IMG/VR virus record: IMGVR_UViG_3300032293_001706
Span: 1 to 64,000 of that record
Reading direction: 5' to 3' (one strand)
Origin: a virus
Length of the DNA: 64,000 nucleotides
A program made the translations under genes and the position numbers. This document shows, piece after piece, positions 9,666 through 18,454 of the stretch (position 1 is its first letter; each line of letters begins with the position of its first letter). The notes beneath the pieces are model-generated. The model had not been told where the DNA came from, did no database searches, and saw only the letters and a list, made by a program, of their open reading frames with translations.

Positions 9666-9710
9666 TCATCGGATTAATCTTTAAAACAAGAGAGGAGGGG
9701 TCCTAAATCT

Positions 9711-9740
9711 AAAAAAGGTGTCGAGAGACACCTTTTTTTT
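9711..9740. terminator. Bidirectional intrinsic terminator
   Basis: AAAAAAGGTGTC-GAGA-GACACCTTTTTTTT between a convergent CDS and the tRNA. Confidence 0.85.
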
Positions 9741-9745
9741 ATTAG

Positions 9746-9830
9746 TACTCAGGATGGGACTCGAACCCACACGGACATCACTGTCCAACTGATTTTAAGT
9801 CAGTCTTGGCTACCTTTACAACACCTGAGC
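9746..9830 (-). tRNA. tRNA-Leu(UAA), CCA not encoded
   Basis: Acceptor GCTCAGG/CCTGAGT plus discriminator A, anticodon arm ACTGA-CTTAAAA-TCAGT, long variable arm, T loop GGTTCGAGTCC. Confidence 0.9.
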
Positions 9831-9835
9831 ATTTT

Positions 9836-9924
9836 AACAATTCATAATGTCTGAGTTAGGTGGGATATCGTCACCTCTATTCAGACCCCCGTTCACCAGT
9901 GATTCCTTTATGGGGTGAATTGTT
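9836..9924 (-). ncRNA. Putative structured RNA of unknown class, co-transcribed upstream of tRNA-Leu
   Basis: Closing stem AACAATTCA/TGAATTGTT, inner stems CCCC/GGGG, GTCTGA/TCAGAC and AGGTG/CACCT; starts about 4 nt after a TATATTTG element. Confidence 0.5.
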
Positions 9925-9927
9925 ATA

Positions 9928-9935
9928 CAAATATA
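9928..9935 (-). promoter_or_regulatory. Bacteroidota-type -7 promoter element (TATATTTG)
   Basis: TAnnTTTG directly upstream of the structured RNA and tRNA. Confidence 0.6.
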
Positions 9936-9950
9936 CAAAACATATTTGAA

Positions 9951-10448
9951 TTAATCAAACATATTTTCCTTAAATTCTTCCCAAACTTTTGCAGCATTAC
10001 CAGCCACAAGTTCAGAAAATACTGAAGGTGTATATGGTTTAAATTTCATATGCATGTTTGCTTCTTGGGGTGTTCTATTACCTTTCCTTGAGTTGCAATC
10101 AAAACAACACGTCACCATATTTTCCCAACTATTACCTCCACCCCTTGATTTGGGAATTACGTGGTCAATTGTTAGTTTTTTATGTGTACCACAATACACA
10201 CAAGAATAATTATCTCTTTGATAAATTCTTCCCCTTGAAATCTTGATGTCTCTTTTTCTTCTAAAAGAAATGTATTTCAAAAGTCTGATAATCAGGGGGC
10301 GTACAAAATTGCCAACGGCGGTAATAATCGGAGTTTCAGATTTTTTCAAAACTTCCGCTTTTCCCTTGTCAACCAAAATAAACCCCCTTTTAAGAGATGT
10401 TACATTTAATGGTGTATAATCATAATTTAATACCAATACAGTTTCCAT
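9951..10448 (-). CDS. HNH endonuclease (McrA-like)
   Basis: VLVLNYDYTPL N-terminus; RDNYSCVYCG...LTIDHVIPKSRGG...WENMVTCCFDCNSRKG. Confidence 0.9.
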   Translation of the reverse strand: METVLVLNYDYTPLNVTSLKRGFILVDKGKAEVLKKSETPIITAVGNFVRPLIIRLLKYISFRRKRDIKISRGRIYQRDNYSCVYCGTHKKLTIDHVIPKSRGGGNSWENMVTCCFDCNSRKGNRTPQEANMHMKFKPYTPSVFSELVAGNAAKVWEEFKENMFD

Positions 10449-10483
10449 AATTTATCCAATAATAAGTATCATATATTTAATAA

Positions 10484-10957
10484 TCAAATATATATCCGTT
10501 CTTTTGTATTTGCGGTTTGTTTATACCATAATTTTTTTTCATCTTGCCAAACATAAGGGTCATTTTTATCTTCAACCCAACCTTGTTTTTTGTAAAACTC
10601 AAAATCTTTTCTTAACAAATTTGCCCGATGTGAGGAATGGAATGGTTCAAAAAACAACCAGTTGGGAAGTACCACATCACCAATATAATCTTCCTTAACC
10701 ATGTTGTTTTTGAAACCTCTTTCCACCCAAACATCGATGCTATCGTTAAAATACATTTGAAGGGCGGGAACATAATCTTTCCACATAACCGAACAAGGAT
10801 GATTTGTCCACCCCTTATAAGGGCGACCATCCTTTTTTGGTCGCCCCAAGATTGCGTTAATTATCTGATATGCCTCAACCCTTTGTTTTCCAAGTCTTTT
10901 GTTGTCCAAAGACCTCAAACTTTCTTTAAAGTCGGGATATGGAAGAAAAGTTTGCAT
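10484..10957 (-). CDS. Pyrimidine-dimer DNA glycosylase-like protein (MSMEG_6728 / endonuclease V-like)
   Basis: MQTFLPY...LDNKRLGKQRVEAYQI...NHPCSVMW...HSSHRANLLRKD. Confidence 0.8.
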   Translation of the reverse strand: MQTFLPYPDFKESLRSLDNKRLGKQRVEAYQIINAILGRPKKDGRPYKGWTNHPCSVMWKDYVPALQMYFNDSIDVWVERGFKNNMVKEDYIGDVVLPNWLFFEPFHSSHRANLLRKDFEFYKKQGWVEDKNDPYVWQDEKKLWYKQTANTKERIYI

Positions 10958-10961
10958 GTTA

Positions 10962-11699
10962 TTAGAATTTCAAAATGATTGAGGAAACTCCATTCCAAAC
11001 TTTAATTTGACTTTTTGGAACCCAAAACTCCATTTCACCAATTTCTTCAATCTTCTTTTCCATATCTTCATTGAATCGGGCGACTTCAGATTTGTCTTTG
11101 ATGTATTGAACACCCATGTTATTTGCACAAATCTTTCCGTAACCAGTCAGTTTGGAAAAATCATCGGTGAGGGTTCTTGCACAACATTTGCAAACACCAC
11201 CCATCTTTTTGGTAAGTTTTCCCTTGAGTTTGACCGCCTTTTCGCTGATGGTTACAATCTCGGTAACATCAATCAACATCGGGTTAAACTTCAAACCATG
11301 TTTAAGTTTCAAACCTTCACCTGTTTTGCGTTTCAACAACACGGTCTCACCAACAATATTAATATTTACATCGAATTTCTTTGTGGGATTTTCTTCTTTT
11401 GAAATTGTCTTGTTTGCCGCATTGATTTGATTGGTGGTCAAAGTCCCATATTTTTCAAACTTTGATTTAATATCCAAAACAAAGGTGTTTGCACCTTTAT
11501 ATTCAACAATCTTTTTTATTTCTGCGGGAAGGTTTTCTTTGTTAACCTGTGGTTGAGAGAAAAGAGTTTTTTCAACAACTTGGGCTTGTTTTTCGGTCAA
11601 ATGACCATATTTGCTGATAACATCTTTCATCTTAACAATGAAGGAATTTGTTCCTTGGTAATTCCTTACTTTTTCGTTGAATTTGGTCGTGGTGTTCAT
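10962..11699 (-). CDS. Hypothetical protein with a Zn-ribbon motif (DUF6011-like)
   Basis: CKCCARTLTDDFSKLTGYGKICA; TATATTTG at 11720-11727. Confidence 0.7.
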   Translation of the reverse strand: MNTTTKFNEKVRNYQGTNSFIVKMKDVISKYGHLTEKQAQVVEKTLFSQPQVNKENLPAEIKKIVEYKGANTFVLDIKSKFEKYGTLTTNQINAANKTISKEENPTKKFDVNINIVGETVLLKRKTGEGLKLKHGLKFNPMLIDVTEIVTISEKAVKLKGKLTKKMGGVCKCCARTLTDDFSKLTGYGKICANNMGVQYIKDKSEVARFNEDMEKKIEEIGEMEFWVPKSQIKVWNGVSSIILKF

Positions 11700-11747
11700 A
11701 ATATTGGTGATTTGTTATACAAATATATAACGAATTATTGAAACGGC

Positions 11748-11779
11748 AAAAAAAAGGCCGAAATAATTTTCGACCTTTT
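11748..11779 (-). terminator. Intrinsic terminator downstream of the tmRNA
   Basis: AGGTCGAAA-ATTA-TTTCGGCCT followed by a T run on the minus strand. Confidence 0.7.
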
Positions 11780-11784
11780 AAATT

Positions 11785-12170
11785 TGGTGGAGACGCTCGG
11801 CATCGAACCGAGGTCTTATCCGCCCTAACCAATAGAGCCTACACGTTTAGGACAACATTTGTTAATGTTCCGAAATTCACAATTCCCTTATTTTATAGTG
11901 GTTCGGTTTACTGAGAACTAATCCTCCACTTGTTTCTTTTTGGATAGAAACCACACCCTAAAAGGACTTCTGTTCCTAGGTTAATGTCCTCCCGACCCGA
12001 AGTGTTGTATCAATTAAGCTACAACAGCAGCTTCTTCACGGATAAGTCCGCAAGCAGCCATTTTGTTGAAAACGTTGCCGTTTGTTTGTTTAAATCAGTT
12101 TTTGATGAGTTAATTCAGCTCATACGTGCCTCCATTGACTAAAAACGTTAATCAATTCCAATTCGTCCCC
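11785..12170 (-). ncRNA. ssrA: tmRNA
   Basis: 5' GGGGACG pairs with 3' CGTCTCC-ACCA (G3:U alanine identity), T arm GGTTCGATGCC, internal tag ORF, upstream TATCTTTG at 12193-12200. Confidence 0.92.
12014..12079 (-). other. tmRNA tag reading frame GNVFNKMAACGLIREEAAVVA*
   Basis: Resume codon placed at GGC after ACAAAC by analogy with Bacteroidota tags; the frame ends GCT TAA. Confidence 0.6.
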
Positions 12171-12241
12171 ATATGTTCAAAGAACTTGTTTACAAAGATA
12201 TGAATATTTTTTCATTTGTCAAAATCAATGTATTTATAAAT

Positions 12242-14083
12242 ATGGATAAAAAAATAATTAACCAATTAATGAAATCATTAATAACTGAAGGTAAAAAAGA
12301 AAACCTTTATGATATATTTTTAAATAAAAGCGATATTTCTTTTGAAGAGTATTCAACAGAAGATAAAAATTTAATATTCAATTCTCTTTGGGATATGGAT
12401 AAAACACCAAGTAAAAAAATGTTAACTTGGTATTTAAGAGTTATTAAAGATATTGGAAAAGTCCATCCTGATACATTAATACCCACTTTTAATAGGGTGA
12501 TTGATAATTTTAAAAGAATTGAATCTTCAATAAATGAAAAACTTATTGACGGTTTTAAAGAAGAAATTGTATCTTATTTTACATCCGATAAATTAAGAGA
12601 TAAATATTTAAAAATCTTAGAATCCCCAAAAGACATTAATGTATATCCCGATATTTCATCATTACGTGAACTATCTTTATATATAAAAAATGAAACTTTT
12701 TCAAAAGAACAAAAAAGAAGGGCAAAAAAAGAAAGTATTAAATTATATGAAGATTCAAAATATTTGGTAATTAGACCATTATCATATGACGCTTCCTGTG
12801 TTTATGGTAAAGGAACAAAATGGTGTATTTCGTCAAAAGAATCAAGCGCACATTTCAATGACTATATTCAAGAAAATAATTTTATTTTCGTAATTGATAA
12901 ACAAAGTAATGATAGAAAATATTCTAAATTTGCAATACAAATACCAAAAAAATCAAAGTCAGAGGTCGTTGCTTGGGACCAACAAGATATATCTACAACG
13001 TTGGATACGGTATATGAAAAAATGCCAGGAATGGAAGAAATTCTTACAAGTATTTTAAAGGTGGTTGATTCAGAATATCAAATTCTATTAGACATTAAAA
13101 AAGGTAAAATCATTTCTCGTTCAGCGTTTATTGGTCATAAAAATATAGATGTAATCAAAAACGATGTTTATATAACTTTTGATGGTTTTGACGAATATAT
13201 GCGTAAGATATTTAAACAAGTACTTGGTAGTGAAAGTGTTAATATGTTATCATATATGACAAGTAGTTATCGTGAATTCGAATTTGTTGATTATTATACA
13301 GTAAAAGACGATTTTGAAGAAGGTTACGCTTTAAGGGATTTGAGCGATGATGGGATGCAGATGTTGAGTAAAATTATTAGATTCTTAAATCCGTCACTTT
13401 ATGAAAAGTCAAAAAAAGATAATATGGATTCTTTAACATATTTTAGTGAGGCGGCGAAAACATTAAAGAATCATAATAAATATTATGACCATTTGATTAC
13501 CGAATATAGTATGGCTAAAGATTTAGGATACTCGTCTGGTGTTGAAAACGCTATTCCTAAAGAATATTGTGATACCTTAAAACTTTTAAATGTCGAGATG
13601 GTTGAATGTTTTAGTAAATATAAAACAACGATTGATAATCTGTTATCTCTTTATGAGGAATCAGGTAATAAATCCTTACCAATTATAAGATTATTAGCCG
13701 AAGAATTGGATAAATATTCGGTTGATGATATTTCAGAAAATTATTATGAATATTTTGATGATAATGAATATATAAGTCAATGGCATAAAGAATCTGACTA
13801 TATTTTAGAAAAATATGTAGATTTATTGGAAGAAGAAAATGAAGAGTTTTCAAGTAGTGAGTATCAAAATATCGTTGATTACATCATTAATAATTTTGGT
13901 TTTAATGTAAAAAAAGAGATTCCAACACAAAAAGGGACTTATTTTTCAATTATTAGTGTAGAAACCGATTCAAGGATTTTGGTGGAAATCACCAAACAAG
14001 ATGGTGATAAAAAAAGAATATTTTTAACTTTAGAACAACTTGAAGGTTTACTAAAAAATTATAAGTTGTTTGACGTTGTATAA
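12242..14083 (+). CDS. Hypothetical protein with an SCxYGxGTKWC (PcfJ-like) domain
   Basis: Start moved to ATG 12242 after TATTTATA (12231-12238), avoiding overlap with the tmRNA promoter; PLSYDASCVYGKGTKWCISS. Confidence 0.7.
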   Translation: MDKKIINQLMKSLITEGKKENLYDIFLNKSDISFEEYSTEDKNLIFNSLWDMDKTPSKKMLTWYLRVIKDIGKVHPDTLIPTFNRVIDNFKRIESSINEKLIDGFKEEIVSYFTSDKLRDKYLKILESPKDINVYPDISSLRELSLYIKNETFSKEQKRRAKKESIKLYEDSKYLVIRPLSYDASCVYGKGTKWCISSKESSAHFNDYIQENNFIFVIDKQSNDRKYSKFAIQIPKKSKSEVVAWDQQDISTTLDTVYEKMPGMEEILTSILKVVDSEYQILLDIKKGKIISRSAFIGHKNIDVIKNDVYITFDGFDEYMRKIFKQVLGSESVNMLSYMTSSYREFEFVDYYTVKDDFEEGYALRDLSDDGMQMLSKIIRFLNPSLYEKSKKDNMDSLTYFSEAAKTLKNHNKYYDHLITEYSMAKDLGYSSGVENAIPKEYCDTLKLLNVEMVECFSKYKTTIDNLLSLYEESGNKSLPIIRLLAEELDKYSVDDISENYYEYFDDNEYISQWHKESDYILEKYVDLLEEENEEFSSSEYQNIVDYIINNFGFNVKKEIPTQKGTYFSIISVETDSRILVEITKQDGDKKRIFLTLEQLEGLLKNYKLFDVV

Positions 14084-14106
14084 TTTTTTTGTATATTTGT
14101 CGTGAG

Positions 14107-14928
14107 ATGAATACGCAAAAAATTGAACACCTTAAAGAGGTATTAGGTATACCAACAAAAACCTATCAAGAGGATTTGATGATTGAATATTTGGTAAATT
14201 ATTTAAAATCAAAAAATTACAATTACACTCTTCAAGAAAATGGTAATATCTATATAACAAAAGGAGAAGCGGAATTTTACCCTTGTGTTATAGCACATAC
14301 CGACACCGTGCATTCCATAACGGAGATGGTAGTTAAAGAAGAAATGCTTCCAAATTATGATGGTGAACTAAAACCTTCATTAAAGGCATACCATAAAGTT
14401 ACGGGTAAACCAACAGGAATTGGTGGTGACGATAAATGTGGGGTATATGCTTGTTTGGATTTACTTGAACAACTACCTGTTCTTAAAGTTGCGTTTTTTG
14501 TTTCCGAAGAAACTGGTTGTCATGGTTCAAGAAAGGCGGACCCCAAATTCTTTGAAAACGTAGGGTATGGTATTCAGTTTGATGGTCCTGAAAACTATAT
14601 GGTTACGGAATATTGTTGGGGTGTAAGATTGTTTGAAAGAGAATCAGATTTCTTTGACATTTCAGGTCCAATCTTGGAACAATACTTCGGTAAAAATAAG
14701 GAACTTATGAAGCATCCTTATACCGACGTTTCACAAATCACGTCAAGATTTAATATATCTTGTTTGAACGTGTCTTGTGGTTATTATAACTACCATACCG
14801 CACAAGAATATGTGGTAATTGAAGACCTGTTTAACGCAATCGAAATGGGAAAGGCGTTGATTGAAAGTTTGGGTTATCGAAAATATGAAACCTTTCAAAA
14901 AGTACAAAGATGGATGTTGTTCGATTAA
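14107..14928 (+). CDS. Zinc metallopeptidase (M20/M28/M42 fold)
   Basis: AHTDTVH, GGDDKCG, SEETG, YHTAQE; TATATTTG at 14092-14099. Confidence 0.85.
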   Translation: MNTQKIEHLKEVLGIPTKTYQEDLMIEYLVNYLKSKNYNYTLQENGNIYITKGEAEFYPCVIAHTDTVHSITEMVVKEEMLPNYDGELKPSLKAYHKVTGKPTGIGGDDKCGVYACLDLLEQLPVLKVAFFVSEETGCHGSRKADPKFFENVGYGIQFDGPENYMVTEYCWGVRLFERESDFFDISGPILEQYFGKNKELMKHPYTDVSQITSRFNISCLNVSCGYYNYHTAQEYVVIEDLFNAIEMGKALIESLGYRKYETFQKVQRWMLFD

Positions 14929-14954
14929 TTTTTTTTTTATTTTATGTTTAAATT

Positions 14955-14982
14955 AAAAAGGGGTCAATTTGACCCCTTTTTT
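14955..14982. terminator. Bidirectional intrinsic terminator
   Basis: AAAAAGGGGTCAA-TT-TGACCCCTTTTTT between convergent genes. Confidence 0.85.
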
Positions 14983-17210
14983 CATTCACCCTTTTTTCTT
15001 CTTGTCTTTTTAGGCGGTGTTACGATTTCTTCAAAGGTAACTTTGTCATCCATATAGTTTAACATATATGGTTTATCAGTAACAATATTATTCCTCAAGA
15101 TTTCATCAGAAATAAAGTCTTCGATTTGAGATTGGATTGCTCTTTTGATTGGTCTAGCTCCAAATTTCTCATCATAACCAATATGTGATATATGTGAAAT
15201 CAAAGATTCTGAAACTTCAAAGAAATATTTCATACTTTCCAAACGCTTACACAATTTGTTAAGTTCAATTTTAACAATCTGTGAAATTTCATTTTCTTTC
15301 AGAGGATTAAAATGGATGATGTCATCAACACGATTGATAAATTCGGGAGGGAAGAACTTTTTAAGTTCATCTTCAACCACCATCTTTTTCATTTCAATCT
15401 CTTTTTGGATTCTTGTTTCTGTTCCAAAACCAACACCTGTTCCAAAATCTTGGATTTTTCTTGCTCCAAGGTTTGATGTCATAATAATAAGGGTATTTTT
15501 GAAATTGATTTTTCTACCCAAACTATCTGTTAGATATCCCTCATCCAATGTTTGAAGAAGTAGAGTAAAAATGTCCTTGTGAGCCTTTTCTATTTCATCA
15601 AATAGAATTACAGAATAAGGTTTATTTTTAACTTGTTCGGTGAGTTGACCTCCTTCATTATAACCGACGTAGCCAGGGGGTGAACCAATCAAACGGGACA
15701 TTGCAAATTTTTCTTGGTATTCAGACATATCAACCCTAATCAATGCGTCTGAATCACCAAAGATTTCTTTCGCAAGTTGTTTTGTGATGTGTGTCTTACC
15801 AATTCCTGTTGGACCTAGGAAGATGAAGGAACCAATTGGTTTATTAGGTTCTTTAATTCCAACCCTATTCCTTCTAATCGCTTTTGCAATTTTTGAAACC
15901 GCTTCTTCTTGACCAATAACAGTAGTTTTTAAACTCTGTTCTAAATTTAATAAAGATTCGGATTCACTTTGAGATAATTTACTTACAGGGATTTTGGTCA
16001 TTGATGCAACCACTTCATATACCATTTCTTCGGTTACTTCTTTTTTGTCCACATTCCTACTTTGTTCAAACTTTTGTTTTTCTTCCTCAAGTTTCAACAA
16101 TAATTTTCTCTCCCTATCTCTCAACTCAGCAGCTTCTTCAAACCTCTGATTTCTAACAACTTCCAACTTTAACTCTTTAAGTTTGGTGGCTTCCTCTTTA
16201 AGCTGTTCGATAATTTCAGGAATTTTGGTATTAATCTGACTTCTTGCTCCGACTTCATCCATAATGTCGATAGCTTTATCGGGGAATTCTCTATCTGTAA
16301 TGTACCTATCTGCCAAATAAACACAAGACTTTAATGCCGCATCTGTAAAAAATACCTTATGATATTTTTCATAATTAATCTTGGCTCTTTCCAAAATCTT
16401 TAATGTGTCGGTAATTGATGTTGGCTCAACAATAACTTTCTGAAACCTTCTTTCTAATGCGCCATCTTTTTCAATATGTTCCCGATATTCGTCCAAGGTG
16501 GTGGCTCCAATACATTGTAGTTCTCCGCGAGCAAGGGCGGGTTTAAATATATTGGAAGCGTCCAGTGAGCCTGAAGAATTTCCCGCCCCGATAATAGTAT
16601 GAATTTCATCAATGAATATAATTACATCATGATTGTCACGTAATTCATCAATAATCACTTTCATTCTTTCTTCAAATTGACCTCTATATTTTGTTCCAGC
16701 AACAATTGAAGTCATATCCAAACTAACGATTCGTTTATCTAATAAATTTACAGGACAATCACCTTCATATATTTTCATCGCTAAACCCTCAACAATTGCC
16801 GTTTTTCCGCAATTGTGAGAAATAATACCATTTGACACATATTTTCTCTCTGAATCAAGTACCTCCAAATCATATGTATCATGAACACCGATTTCTTCCC
16901 ACTCTATTACTTCAGCTAACTCATTGTTTTCACACCAAACTAGTTCACCCTCCGTAATATTACCCAAGGCAACCCAATAGGAATTGTTTTCAAATTGAAC
17001 GGTTGGATTAATGGATGTCTCTGGTACTTCAACAAAATGTGTGTCAGAACCTGATAACTCCAATCCATTAGATAGTTTAATTCTTATGCAATTTTTATCC
17101 TTTTTTTGGTATAAATTACCTATTAACTTAAAACCTGAAGGCGTTTTTATTTTATAGGTTCCACCATCTTTTTCGACTAATTCAAAGAAGTCTTTTATTG
17201 TTATTTTCAT
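14982..17210 (-). CDS. clpC: ClpC-type AAA+ ATPase, C-terminal part, preceded by the intein C-fragment
   Basis: After a 133-aa intein fragment: [29 protein letters not shown]-like middle domain, second Walker [16 protein letters not shown], ClpP-docking GVGF loop, FGARP. Confidence 0.92.
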   Translation of the reverse strand: MKITIKDFFELVEKDGGTYKIKTPSGFKLIGNLYQKKDKNCIRIKLSNGLELSGSDTHFVEVPETSINPTVQFENNSYWVALGNITEGELVWCENNELAEVIEWEEIGVHDTYDLEVLDSERKYVSNGIISHNCGKTAIVEGLAMKIYEGDCPVNLLDKRIVSLDMTSIVAGTKYRGQFEERMKVIIDELRDNHDVIIFIDEIHTIIGAGNSSGSLDASNIFKPALARGELQCIGATTLDEYREHIEKDGALERRFQKVIVEPTSITDTLKILERAKINYEKYHKVFFTDAALKSCVYLADRYITDREFPDKAIDIMDEVGARSQINTKIPEIIEQLKEEATKLKELKLEVVRNQRFEEAAELRDRERKLLLKLEEEKQKFEQSRNVDKKEVTEEMVYEVVASMTKIPVSKLSQSESESLLNLEQSLKTTVIGQEEAVSKIAKAIRRNRVGIKEPNKPIGSFIFLGPTGIGKTHITKQLAKEIFGDSDALIRVDMSEYQEKFAMSRLIGSPPGYVGYNEGGQLTEQVKNKPYSVILFDEIEKAHKDIFTLLLQTLDEGYLTDSLGRKINFKNTLIIMTSNLGARKIQDFGTGVGFGTETRIQKEIEMKKMVVEDELKKFFPPEFINRVDDIIHFNPLKENEISQIVKIELNKLCKRLESMKYFFEVSESLISHISHIGYDEKFGARPIKRAIQSQIEDFISDEILRNNIVTDKPYMLNYMDDKVTFEEIVTPPKKTRRKKGE
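16812..17210 (-). mobile_element. Split intein C-fragment (133 aa, no endonuclease)
   Basis: Block B-like SGSDTH, block F TYDLEV, block [11 protein letters not shown] followed by +1 Cys. Confidence 0.88.
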
Positions 17211-17217
17211 TTTTTTA

Positions 17218-17520
17218 TTACATTATTTCTATTTTATGTGAATCGTCGTTAGAAATTTTTTCAATTTCAATTATAGTATCACCTAACACACATCCAGGCT
17301 CACCTACCAATATAGGGTTATTCTTCTTTCTTCTTGAAATAATCTGTGCCAATCTTGTGATTTCAGAATCTCTTCCAACCACAGGGTCCAACTTTCCTTC
17401 TTTAGCCAACTTAATAAGGTCACGTGAAAAATTATCCAATACTGGTGTATTTGATTTTGTTTCACCTCTTGTAGGTTTTTTCTCGTTGTTTTTTTCGTTA
17501 CGGTCTTCTGCTTCTATCAT
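17218..17520 (-). CDS. clpC: ClpC-type ATPase N-terminal fragment (76 aa) fused to a 24-aa intein N-fragment
   Basis: LDNFSRDL...[13 protein letters not shown]...[14 protein letters not shown], then [12 protein letters not shown]...M and stop. Confidence 0.9.
   Translation of the reverse strand: MIEAEDRNEKNNEKKPTRGETKSNTPVLDNFSRDLIKLAKEGKLDPVVGRDSEITRLAQIISRRKKNNPILVGEPGCVLGDTIIEIEKISNDDSHKIEIM
17221..17292 (-). mobile_element. Split intein N-fragment (24 aa)
   Basis: CVLGDTII matches intein block A (C-x-x-G-D-T-x-I) and begins inside Walker A. Confidence 0.85.
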
Positions 17521-17557
17521 GTTAAAAATATAATTTTTAATTAAAAAAAATCAAATG

Positions 17558-17590
17558 TGACAAAATGTCAATTTGTCTGACATTATGTCA
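17558..17590. promoter_or_regulatory. Two TGACA-N3-TGTCA palindromes (putative operator) between divergent clpC and the UVR-domain gene
   Basis: TGACAAAATGTCA at 17558-17570 and TGACATTATGTCA at 17578-17590. Confidence 0.6.
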
Positions 17591-17663
17591 ATCTTTCTTT
17601 ATTTGGTATTATTTTTTATAATTGAACTACAAAAATAAACAAAAATAATAATATAAAAAAACT

Positions 17664-18134
17664 ATGTTCGATTTATTTGGAAAAAACAGAAAAAGTTTAA
17701 TTGAAGATTTCCTACGTGAAATGGATGAAATGAGAAAGAGTTTTGAAAACAAAAGTCTTTTCGACCTAAAACCAACCGATATTGAATCGGAAACTGAAAA
17801 AGGTTCTAACGAATACGGTGATTGGACTAAAACTACTTATTCATCACCTAACGGGACATTTAAGTATGTTATCACCACAACAAACATTAATGGTTTAAAA
17901 GGAAAAAACAAACCTCAAAGAAATGAAATTCAAAAGTTAAGGGATGAAATGGAGTTGTATGTTGAAAAACAAGAATTTGAAAAAGCCGCTGAAATCAGAG
18001 ACAGAATCAAAAAAATGGAAAAAAATAATCAAGAAATAAATGACCTACAACGTCAACTTGATGATTCAATTTCCAAACAAGATTTTGAATCGGCAATTAA
18101 ATTGAGAGATAAAATCAACAAATTAAAATCTTAA
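17664..18134 (+). CDS. Protein with two C-terminal UVR (UvrB/C-type) coiled-coil domains
   Basis: EMELYVEKQEFEKAAEIRDRIK and QLDDSISKQDFESAIKLRDKI. Confidence 0.8.
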   Translation: MFDLFGKNRKSLIEDFLREMDEMRKSFENKSLFDLKPTDIESETEKGSNEYGDWTKTTYSSPNGTFKYVITTTNINGLKGKNKPQRNEIQKLRDEMELYVEKQEFEKAAEIRDRIKKMEKNNQEINDLQRQLDDSISKQDFESAIKLRDKINKLKS

Positions 18135-18149
18135 AAACTAAATTTTATG

Positions 18150-18177
18150 AAAACCCCTACACAATGTGGGGGTTTTT
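18150..18177 (+). terminator. Probable intrinsic terminator
   Basis: AAACCCC...GGGGGTTTTT hairpin after the UVR gene. Confidence 0.6.
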
Positions 18178-18190
18178 AGTATTTATTAAT

Positions 18191-18433
18191 ATGGCAATAT
18201 TAAGAGAAGAAATTAAGGGTTCAGTTATTTACAACATTGTTAAGTCATCAAATATTATTGAAAGCGCATATAATGTTGATACAAAGAAAATGACAGTAAA
18301 ATTTAATAATGGTATGGAGTATGAATATAATGAAGTACCACACGAGATGTATGTCCAATTCAGATTGGCCGAATCCCAAGGAAAATTTTTTTCGTCAAAA
18401 ATAAGTAAAAATTATGAATATAAGAAATTATGA
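18191..18433 (+). CDS. KTSC domain protein
   Basis: SSNIIESAYN...VKFNNGMEYEYNEVP...AESQGKFF; start at ATG 18191 after TATTTAT. Confidence 0.85.
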   Translation: MAILREEIKGSVIYNIVKSSNIIESAYNVDTKKMTVKFNNGMEYEYNEVPHEMYVQFRLAESQGKFFSSKISKNYEYKKL

Positions 18434-18454
18434 AAATTTCAAGTATTTATAATT

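Noticed and set aside
17211-17220. Sequencing frameshift as the cause of the clpC split
   Set aside because: Two consecutive in-frame TAA codons plus a frame change; a single indel in the A-run would not restore a continuous ORF.
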